In this document: piece after piece, positions 23,015-31,819 of the stretch
How the letters are laid out: every line of letters starts with the position of its first letter
How positions within the stretch are numbered: the stretch's first letter is position 1
DNA from: Octopus bimaculoides
Lineage: Eukaryota
Assembly (NCBI RefSeq): GCF_001194135.2
Contig: NC_068996.1
Location: forward strand, 53,136,767 to 53,175,895
Direction of reading: 5' to 3'
Length of the DNA: 39,129 nt
The notes under the pieces: model-generated
Databases searched by the model: none
Told to the model about the DNA's origin: nothing
The model's input: the letters and a program-made list of their open reading frames with translations, nothing else
Position numbers and translations under genes: made by a program

Positions 23015-23930
23015 TATGCAAGAAGGGACTACACAATCAATTCCATATTGCTACAACAGAAGTTGCTGGAAAAAATAGGTGGGATTGGCTGATGAAAGAA
23101 ACACTAAAAAAAATTGACTGAGAGCACTATACTGGCAGTGCAAAACCAAGCTTTGGCCACGAACTGGAGGATCAACCTAAGGAATGAGTAAATGTCTCCT
23201 CTGTGCTGCATCTGCAACAGAGTGGATGAAACCATTGACCGTATCACAAACGAGACTTGCCCAAAACTACAAGTTGTGGCGACACAATCAGGTGGTAAAA
23301 GTGATACAATAGAAACTGTGCAAAAAATGGGGGCCAGAGAGGGGCAAGACATGGTTTGAGCAGAAACCACAGAGAGGGGCAGAGTCAGACACAAGCAAAA
23401 TCCTCTGGGATTTCCCAATCCAAACAGATCAGGTGCTTGAGCATAACAGACCAAACCTAGTGGTGGTGGACAAGGTGCACTACATATGCTATACAGTTGA
23501 TGTTGCATGCCTCTTTGACCCATGAATAGTTAAGAAGGAAGGCGAAAAGATAGACAGATACAACCCTCTTAAGTATGAAATAGCCAGGCTATGGAAAATG
23601 AAGAAGGTGAAGATGGTGCCAATAATTGTTGGGTCCTTGGGATCAGTATCAGAAGGTATCAAGTGGAATGTCGAGGAAATTGGAATAGAGTTCCCAGTAG
23701 AATCGTTACAAAAGGTTTGCCTCCTTAACATAGCCAGAATAATCAGGAAAGTATTAGATAGCTGAAAAGAGCAAATAGCATGGTACTGTAGGCTGCAGGT
23801 AGTAAGCCCGTTACGCATGCAAGACTTCGGGAGCTCCAACAAAACTTGTACTAAAGAGAAAACAATAATAGTTATAATAATAATAATGATGATAATAATA
23901 ATAATAATTAGAATAATAATAATAATAATC
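23015..23930 (+). mobile_element. 3' end of an R4/Dong-like LINE with a restriction-like endonuclease
   Basis: WDWLMKE, C.ICNRVDETIDRI..TCP knuckle, KILWDFPIQTDQVLEHNRPNLVVVDK..CYTVDVAC.FD, KIDRYNPLKYEIARLWKM..VPIIVGSLGSV, then a short UTR and an (AAT)n tail. Confidence 0.9.
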
Positions 23931-24136
23931 CTTTCAATTATAGGCACAAGGCCTGAAATTTTTTGGGAGGTGGTAAGGCAGTCACATTGACTCCAGTATG
24001 TGACTTAATTTATCAACCCTGAAAAGATGAAAGGTGAAGTCAATCTCAGTAGAATTTGAACTCAGAATGTAAAGACAAAAAAAATACTGTGAAGCATTTT
24101 TCCCAGCATGTTAGCAATTCTGCCAGCATGCCACCT

Positions 24137-24137
<1 letters not shown>
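23926..24137 (-). mobile_element. Family A SINE
   Basis: Reverse-complement match, set between (AAT)n runs. Confidence 0.8.
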
Positions 24138-24168
<31 letters not shown>

Positions 24169-24373
24169 CAGTAGTACCATAGACATTCCACAGCCCGTTT
24201 TGTGGTACAGTGTCAACAATAAACATTTCCACACTTGGTAATGATATCCTATTGTATCTTTCATAATACTTTGGTTAATTTCTTGGAAATCTTATTTGTC
24301 CTTTTCAGTTAATTTTTCTCTTCTAGCCTACATTCTCAGTCTAGCTTGAGCCTATCATTATTGTTCATATTGT

Positions 24374-24608
24374 TAAGGCAGCAAGCTGGCAGAATCGTTA
24401 GCACGCTGGACAAAATGCTTAACAATATTTCATCTGTCTCCACGTTCTGAGTTCAAATGCTGCTGGGGTCGACTTAGACTTTCATCCTTTTTTTTTTTGG
24501 TGGGGGGGTCGATAATTTAAGTACCAGTTATGCACTGGGGTATGATGAAATCGACTAGCCCCCTCCCCCAGAATTTCAGGCCTTGTGCCTATAGTAGAAA
24601 GGCTTATT
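24374..24608 (+). mobile_element. Family A SINE
   Basis: aagctggcagaatcgttagcacgc...ggccttgtgcctatagtagaaagg. Confidence 0.85.
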
Positions 24609-25030
24609 GTTTATATTGTTCATCTTCCTTGATTAATGATTCTCATTCTTTACCTATTAACTCTAGCTTTACTGTTCCTCATATGACACCTCCTGACCTC
24701 ATTTCTCACCATAATTTAATTCCTTTCCTCCAGAATTAATGCTTCTTGTTGTTCCTGATTCTCCTCTCTTTATTTCTAATTCTTATTCTTTTCTTTTGCC
24801 CTTTTCCTAATCTTTTCTTCTATTTTCTCTGCCTTTCTCTCTTCAATTCTTGCTGTCATGCCCCAAGATCATTGTCCATCACAACACATTAAGCTCTATT
24901 TCAGTAATGGAATAATTCTGGAAGCACTTGATATTACACACTTGGTAATACCTTTATCTAGGGTGGACCATTATACGTCTTTTACAAAGAAAGTTAGGAA
25001 TGTTTGATGGTCTAACTAATCATCCACCTA

Positions 25031-25180
25031 GTAGTAGTAGTAGTAGTAACAGCAGCAGCAGCAGCAGTAGTAGTAGTAGCAGTAGTAGTTATAGTAGTAG
25101 CTGTAGCAGCAGTAGTAGAAGCAGCAGCAGCAGCAGTAGTAGTAGTAGGAGTAGTAGTAGTAGTAGAAGAAGAAGAAGAA
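25031..25180. repeat. Compound (AGT)/(AGC)/(AGA)n microsatellite
   Basis: Direct observation. It explains the poly-Ser ORF 25000-25218. Confidence 0.95.
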
Positions 25181-25293
25181 GCTGCCGTTTTTGTTTCTTT
25201 TCTAGTGAATTCTGTTGATTTGTTGATAAATTAGTTTATTTTTAAAATGTGGAAATTGATTTAATTTGTTGTCTCTTTTTTCTAATTAAACAG

Positions 25294-25390
25294 AAAACAA
25301 CACAATTAAAACAGATGCTACTTTCAAAAGAACTTGAATTCATCATGGAAGGCCACAATGGACTGAGTGCTCGAATAGTTCAAGAAACCG
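25294..25390 (+). CDS. PEPM: PEP phosphomutase internal coding exon (97 bp, phase 0 to phase 1)
   Basis: Acceptor ttgtctctttttctaattaaacag| and donor ACCG|gtacgt. Translates [32 protein letters not shown](G). The Mytilus edulis PEP mutase N-terminus, recalled from memory, is [39 protein letters not shown]. Too short to appear in the ORF track. Confidence 0.95.
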
Positions 25391-25456
25391 GTACGTATAT
25401 TTTTAATTTGCTGTGGTAATTACTGAGTGGTCTTGGTTGTCTCTGCTTCAGCAAAT

Positions 25457-25952
25457 AAAAGGGTAAAAGACCCCCTTTGGTCATGAATGAGCATATGATT
25501 GCATCTAGAAAGTTCCCCACGAATGCACAAGTCTGGGCAAAGTTGTTTATGGAGGACCCATGCATGCCAGCCTCCCCTCTCCATGCCATTATATGTACGT
25601 AGGGTAAAGGGTAAAGACTCCCTTCAGTCATGACTGACCATGGGATTGCACCTAGAAAGTTCCCCTCAAAAAGTACAAATCCAGGCAAAGTTGTTTTCAT
25701 GGAAGACTAGTTGTTGCCCATGCATACCAGCCTCCCCTCTCCATGCCACCAATGTTATCCAAGGGAAAGGCAAAGGGGCCGATACAGCTTGGCACCCGTG
25801 ACGTCACAACTCATTTCTACAACAGAGTGAACTGGAGCAACGTGAAATAAATTGTCTTGCTCAAGGACACAACACACAGCCTGGTCTAGGAATCGAACTC
25901 ACTACCACATGATTGTGATCCTGATGTTCAAACCACTGAGCCATGTGCCTTC
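25457..25952 (-). mobile_element. Family C-type SINE with alternative (ACCCTTT)n tail; the 3' ~148 bp is tandemly duplicated
   Basis: Head with B box at about 25890-25950, then the gtgtccttgagcaagac module. The tail block gggtaaa(a)gac...gcctcccctctccatgcca occurs at 25461 and again at 25609. Confidence 0.7.
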
Positions 25953-26059
25953 AACAGATATATGTTATAGAAAGGCAGCAACTCTATCGTAAATATATAA
26001 CAGTGATGATTTACTTCAGTGAAACATAGAGTATTAACACTACTGTCATGGACACCCTC

Positions 26060-26305
26060 ATTGTATCCCAATGGAAAATGGAATGAATCATGCTCAGCAT
26101 CACAGAGTGAAACCAACACCTGGGTTCAACAGCACATGAGAGTCAACGTCATCATGAGAACCAGCAAGAAGAACAAATATAGATGGAGCTGGTTATATTG
26201 CATGACTGAACATCAACAAGGGGACAATCAGGGTGATGGAATAGACAATGGACAAGGCAAGATCAAGAAGCTGACCAAAGACAAGATGGCGAGATGATCT
26301 CACCT
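26060..26305 (+). mobile_element. RTE/BovB-like LINE C-terminal fragment
   Basis: NTWVQQHMRVNVIMRTSKKNKYRWAGYIA...RSRS*PKTRWRDDL across a frameshift. Confidence 0.75.
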
Positions 26306-26589
26306 NNNNNNNNNNNNNNNNNNNNNNNNNNNNNNNNNNNNNNNNNNNNNNNNNNNNNNNNNNNNNNNNNNNNNNNNNNNNNNNNNNNNNNNNNNNNNNN
26401 NNNNNNNNNNNNNNNNNNNNNNNNNNNNNNNNNNNNNNNNNNNNNNNNNNNNNNNNNNNNNNNNNNNNNNNNNNNNNNNNNNNNNNNNNNNNNNNNNNNN
26501 NNNNNNNNNNNNNNNNNNNNNNNNNNNNNNNNNNNNNNNNNNNNNNNNNNNNNNNNNNNNNNNNNNNNNNNNNNNNNNNNNNNNNNNNN

Positions 26590-27099
26590 ATACTGGATAT
26601 TGGATATGAGATGTTGGATATTGGATATGAGATACGAGATACTGGATATTGGATATGAGATACTGGATATTGGATATGAGATACTGGATATTGGATATGA
26701 GATGTTGGATATTGGATATGAGATACGAGATACTGGATATTGGATATGATATACTGGATATTGGATATGAGATATTGGATATTGAATAAGAGATATTGGA
26801 TATTAGATAGGAGATATTGGACATTAGATACGAGATACTGGATATTGGATATGAGATACTGGATATTGGATATGAGATATTGGATATTGGATATTGAATA
26901 AGAGATATTGGATATTAGACAGGAGATATTGGATATTAGATACGAGATACTGGATATTGGATATGAGATAGTGGATATTGAATATGAGATATTGGATATT
27001 AGATAGGAGATACTGAATATTAGATAGGAGATACTGGATATTGGATATGAAATATTGGATATTAGATAGGAGATACTGGATATTGAATATGAGATATTG
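26590..27099. repeat. 7-bp-monomer minisatellite (gatactg/gatattg/gatatga) with higher-order structure
   Basis: 21-bp triplets of 7-mers. The rare variant gaataaga recurs at 26784 and 26896, 112 bp (16x7) apart. Confidence 0.95.
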
Positions 27100-27227
27100 T
27101 GTCTAGTAAATCACTAGTTCAGTATTTCAGAAAATTCTCCTAAGAGAATTGTGATTATTTAAGAGGTTGTTAGAGGTGAAAAGATTACATAGACATGTAC
27201 ATTTTCATATATGTGTATATAAATTAT

Positions 27228-27280
<53 letters not shown>

Positions 27281-27496
27281 GGTAAGTGTGAGTGTACATA
27301 TGTATGTATCTACGTATGCATTTATACATACATATTTACTTACAGACATTCATACATGCACACCTACGTGCATGTCTATATACATGCATGCATGTATGAA
27401 TGTATGTGTGAATGTATGTAAGTAAGTATGTATGCATGTATGTATGTGTGTATATGTATGTGTGTGTGTGTATGTATGCTTGCATGCATGTATGTA
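27228..27496. repeat. (GT)n plus (TATG)n low-complexity tract
   Basis: Direct observation. Confidence 0.9.
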
Positions 27497-28510
27497 TGTG
27501 CTGAAGACCTTACCCTCAAAAACTTACAACAGTACGATGCACATGACTTGTGACCATTCTTTGAGAATGATGCAACTAAACTTGGTCCATTTCTCAATGC
27601 AAAAAAGACCAAGTATATGAGCCTTATTGAGATTGAAAACCACTTACCAATTTCTTCTAACGGTGGTGCAAAACTTAAGATGATCAGTGATGTCATGTAC
27701 CTTGGACCCTAAGTTGCTGACAGTTAAAAATAACCCCTGATACATAAGGAATAAACTCAGTGTGTCTGTAACAAGCTTCAAAACAACTGTTGGTCAAGTT
27801 TTTCAGAGTCAAACAAATCTGGCTTTGTTCAGAGAATGTGTAGAGAGCGTTCTTTTTTATGGAGCTGAAAATATGAATTATGACAAAGCGAGATTGTTAC
27901 CAGCGCCGCCAAACTGGCTCCTGTGCAGGTGGCACGTAAAATACACCATTTTGAGGGTGGCCGTTGCCAGTACCACCTGACTGGCCTTCGTGCCGGTGGC
28001 ACATAAAAGCACCCACTACACTCTCGGAGTGGTTGGCATTAGGAAGGGCATCCAGCTGTAGAAACTCTGCCAGATCAGATTGGAGCCTGGTGTAGCCATC
28101 TGGTTCACCAGTCCCCAGTCAAATCGTCCAACCCATGCTAGCATGGAAAGCAGACGCTAATCGATGACGATGATGATGATGATGATCAAGATTTCTTTGA
28201 TGATACATACTCTAGGCTTCTGATAAGGGTTCAAAATATTTTTTGGTCAGAGTAGAAGATTAAAAGACATTTATGGACATGTTGCACTCATCTCAACAAT
28301 TGTTCTTTAAAACATGGTCAGTCTTGCTAGTCATTACTATCATGGTGAAAATGTGGCCTTGCCACATGTTATATTTTGGAGAATTCTCTCCATTTATAGA
28401 GGATTAAGACCACTTAACTATGTTGATGTTATTGGAATTGACATAAAACGTAAAGTTGAGGACATGGCAAAGTTAATGGGGTGCTGAGGTTCATGGTAGG
28501 GCATAGGGAA
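27494..28510 (+). mobile_element. Decayed RTE-type RT fragment interrupted by a family D element
   Basis: YAEDL (YADD motif), LNAKKTKYM, SDVMYLG, LFRECVESVLFYGAE, then after the insertion DTYSRLLIRVQNIFW and RGLRPLNYVDVI. Confidence 0.8.
27900..28186 (+). mobile_element. Family D element inserted into an RTE RT fragment
   Basis: Family D consensus with a duplicated ctggc..gtgccggtggcac block and a (GAT)n tail. Confidence 0.85.
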
Positions 28511-28545
28511 ATGCATTTTGGTTGTAGCTGTTTCAAGAAGATACA

Positions 28546-28589
<44 letters not shown>

Positions 28590-28703
28590 TAGTTTTGAAG
28601 TTGTAGAAAGCCCTTAAATTTGGTGAGCCAAATTTTGGGTCAAACTACCATTTGAAATTAATTAAATTAGATTAATTAAATAGGTAATGAAATTTTTTTT
28701 AAA

Positions 28704-29006
28704 TGCGTGGCACCTTGGGCAAGTGTCTTCTACTATAGCCTGGAGCCAACCAAAGCCTTGTGAGTAGATTTGATAGATGGAAACTAAAAGAAGCTTGTCG
28801 TATATATGTGTGTTTGTTCCACCACTATTGCTTGACAACCGATGTTGGTGTGTTTCTGTCCCCGTAACTTAGTGGTTCGGCAAAAGAGAACGATAGAATA
28901 AGTAGTAGGATTACAAAGAATAAGTCCTGGGGTCGATTTGTTCGACTAAAGGCAGTGCTCCAGCATGGCCACAGTCAGATGACTGAAACAAGTAAAAGAG
29001 TAAAGA
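28704..29006 (+). mobile_element. Family B SINE, 5'-truncated
   Basis: gcgtggcaccttgggcaagtgtcttctactatagcc...gactgaaacaagtaaaagagtaaag. Confidence 0.85.
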
Positions 29007-29009
29007 ATT

Positions 29010-29345
29010 TCAAAATTTCAAAGCAGATTCTTTTTCCAGATAAATGCAAACATGAACTGCGAAAGAGGAGACCAATTCTATTGCGTAGACTGCTCCACCT
29101 GCGAAGAAAATGCCATTGCTCAGATTAGAAAATCCCTTTGTGAACACACAAGAGCATATAAACAGCAGATTAAACTAACAGAATTACAGAGGAATTCCAT
29201 ATAGTGAGCATTTAGAAATCTGTGAGGAAAAAAAAAAACAAATTCAAGATTTTCTCATTCTTTAAATGCTCAAGGAATAACCCAAAATACTAGAAAGAAA
29301 TGGAAAAAACATTTAATCTGAAAATTTATTCCAAAATTTAACACA
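29010..29345 (+). mobile_element. Penelope-like element GIY-YIG endonuclease fragment (decayed)
   Basis: FQINANMNCERGDQFYCVDCSTCEENAIAQIRKSLCEHTRAYKQQI, IPYSEHLEIC, KFKIFSFFKC, KEMEKTF. These resemble the PLE NCxSxNxIYxIxCxxCxxxYIGQT...RxxxH...E pattern. Confidence 0.65.
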
Positions 29346-29574
29346 TTATCATCATCATCATCATCATCATCTTCATTTAATGTGTGCTTTCCATGCTGAC
29401 ATGGGTTGAACTGACACATAAAACAGATAATTTTATTTATAGAAACAGAGAATGTTATCAAAAGAATGTCTTTTCCAGATGAACCAAACTAACTTCCCAC
29501 CAGATGTTAATGTTGTAATTGTTATTGCTGATAGTATAACAAGTCACTGGAAAAGAGATTTTAAAATAATTACC

Positions 29575-30070
29575 ATGCATACATACATATGCAAACACAC
29601 ACACACACACACACACACATATGTAAATACACACATACATATACAAACACACACACATACATATGTAAATATACATACATACATATGCAAACACACACAC
29701 ACACATACATATGTAAACACACACGCATACATATGCAAGAACACACATATACATATGCCAAACACACACACACATACACACACAAACACACACACAAACT
29801 CACACATACACACACATGCAAACACACTCACANNNNNNNNNNCACAAACACACACACAAACTCACACATACACACACATGCAAACACACTCACACACATG
29901 CACAGACATTCATAAACACCCACATGCAAGCACTCACAAATTTTGCATTGCCACACACACACATACACAAACATGCAAACATGCACACACACATGCCCAA
30001 TCATTCATAAACATGCACACGCAAACACACTCACAAACCTGCATTGCCACGCGCACACACAACACATACA
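29575..30070. repeat. Degenerate (CA)n/(CATA)n low-complexity tract
   Basis: Direct observation. It explains the HT/CV-repeat ORFs. Confidence 0.9.
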
Positions 30071-30163
30071 AATGTTTGAAAGAAAATTGCTTATCTTGAA
30101 AGAAAAGACTCAACAACCATTTTCTGATTTGCCCAGATTAAAACCAACAGCTTATTGAAATTA

Positions 30164-30384
30164 TTAACCCCCCCCATTAGAATTCAGATTCCCCTGTCAA
30201 ATGTAATGTTTATCTATTCATTAATCATGCATTATTTTGTAGCTTTGAAATTTTGATGATATGATAGTTTATTTTTAGAATGACATTGTAGGGTAGATGT
30301 GAAATGCCAGATCTAACCAGTTATAACATTAAATAGGTAGAATGTTTGAGCCAGACATGGCCAGTTTAAATGCTAAAGGTTTAA
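30164..30384. mobile_element. TTAA MITE copy
   Basis: ttaaccc...attagaattcaga...aaatgctaaaggtttaa. Confidence 0.65.
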
Positions 30385-30697
30385 ACAGCTAGATTTTTCT
30401 GAACAGATTTGTCACTAAAGCAACCAAACCAAATGACTTAAAAAGCCAACCTTCCTGTGAAGATATTTATCTCTTGCATAAAACATACACCACACACCAC
30501 ACACACAGAGAGATTCAAACTACCAGATAAGTTGTCGAACATATTAACTAGTCATTTGTCAAGCATTCATTGTCCAACAACCTTGACCCAAGCCAGCAAA
30601 ATTACTACAAATGTTCTCATACATATATATAAAGCAATAGACTAAATATTTCACAATTGTTGTAAAATTCCTGTAGTGTTGAGAATGCTAATAAGAG

Positions 30698-30730
<33 letters not shown>

Positions 30731-30732
<2 letters not shown>

Positions 30733-30903
30733 TTATTTCTACTAAAGACAAAAGGCCTGAAATTTGATGGGAGGGGAGTAGTCAATTATATCAACCCCAG
30801 TGTACCATTGGTACTGAATTTATCAACTCTGCAAAGATGACAGGCAAAGTCAACCAAAGTCAACTCAGTATGTAGCAGCAAGCAAAATACCACTAAGCAA
30901 TTT
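30731..30903 (-). mobile_element. Family A SINE (deleted)
   Basis: Reverse-complement match to the family A consensus. Confidence 0.7.
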
Positions 30904-30973
30904 CAAATAATAATAATAATAATCCTACATTATTTACAATGGACAGATAAGTGTCCTCGTCTTGTCTGTTGTT

Positions 30974-31019
30974 ATCACAACATTTCGGCTGATGTATTCT
31001 CCAGCCTTCATCAGGTGTT
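30974..31019 (-). ncRNA. Hammerhead motif copy (variant subfamily)
   Basis: The minus strand reads AACAC-CTGATGA-AGGCTG-gagaatacat-CAGCC-GAAAT-GTT-GTGAT. Confidence 0.6.
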
Positions 31020-31191
31020 CTGATGGAATTTCGAACTCAACCCTTTATTTGATTAATGGGATACACTGTTCTCATTCCTAACATTTGTTGCTGATGCTAT
31101 TTTTCTGTTGATATTATTTTTGCAAGTCCCTGCTTGGGACTGAACTTAGAATCTGATAGTTAGTATCCTGGATAAGCCCATGGGCATACAG

Positions 31192-31335
31192 CAAGGGTGG
31201 ACTGAGCCGTCAGTGAATTGGGCACTGCCCAAGGGCCCGCAGCTCTGAGGAGTCTGCACTCTACTAAACACACTTTCAAAGGGGCCCAGTAAATGGTTAT
31301 GCCTGAGGGCCCTTAATCCTCTCGGCCTGCCCCTG
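31192..31335. mobile_element. hAT-type MITE (144 bp)
   Basis: Imperfect TIRs CAAGGGTGGACTGAG / CAGGGGCAGGCCGAG (10/15, all mismatches are transitions). The 8-bp target-site duplication is gcatacag (31184-31191) / gcatatag (31336-31343). Confidence 0.7.
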
Positions 31336-31479
31336 GCATATAGCGTAATGGATAAGAACATGGGCTACTAACCCTCAGATTCTAAGTTCAATCTTAGGTG
31401 GGTACTAGAAAAACGATATCAACAGAAAATGAGAATAGTGTACCCCATTAGTCAAATGTTTGGTTTGAAATTCCAGCAG

Positions 31480-31525
31480 AAAACCTGATGAAGGCTGGAG
31501 AGTACACCAGCCGAAATGTTGTGAT
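31480..31525 (+). ncRNA. Hammerhead motif copy with disrupted stem I
   Basis: AAAAC-CTGATGA-AGGCTG-gagagtacac-CAGCC-GAAAT-GTT-GTGAT. Confidence 0.55.
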
Positions 31526-31608
31526 AACAACAAACAAGACGAGGACACATAACCATCCATTGTAAATAATGTACACAATTCTTCATCCCCAAAATATAGA
31601 ATAATAAT

Positions 31609-31800
31609 AATCATTTCTACTAGGGGCACAAGACCTCAGGTTTGTCAGGAGGGACTAGTCAATTTCATTGACCCGAGTGTTTCACTGGATGAAAGGCTAA
31701 GTTGACCTTGGTGGAATTAGAACTCAGGATGTAGTGATACGTAAAATACTGCTGAGCATTTTGTCCAGTGCACTAACGGTTCTGCCACCTTGCCACCCTA
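31609..31800 (-). mobile_element. Family A SINE
   Basis: Reverse-complement match, directly after the hammerhead SINE tail. Confidence 0.75.
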
Positions 31801-31819
31801 ATAATAATAATAATAATAA

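Larger units (their letters stand above)
30925..31600. mobile_element. Second inverted duplication of the same hammerhead SINE family, with a MITE at the apex
   Basis: Left arm (-) 30925-31170 and right arm (+) 31336-31600. The right arm has a tRNA-Arg-like head, gcgtaatggataag...ggctactaaccctcagattctaagttcaatc. Confidence 0.8.

Noticed and set aside
25000-25218. Poly-Ser ORF
   Set aside because: It is a trinucleotide microsatellite in the PEPM intron, with no splice or homology support.
29452-30158. His/Thr- and Cys/Val-repeat ORFs (also 9814-10095, 17230-17454, 27230-27620)
   Set aside because: These are translations of (CA)n/(GT)n tracts.
31336-31400. tRNA-Arg-like sequence as a real tRNA gene (similar heads at 139-190, 12693-12760, 25890-25950)
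   Set aside because: The cloverleaf and acceptor stem are broken, and each continues into a SINE body.
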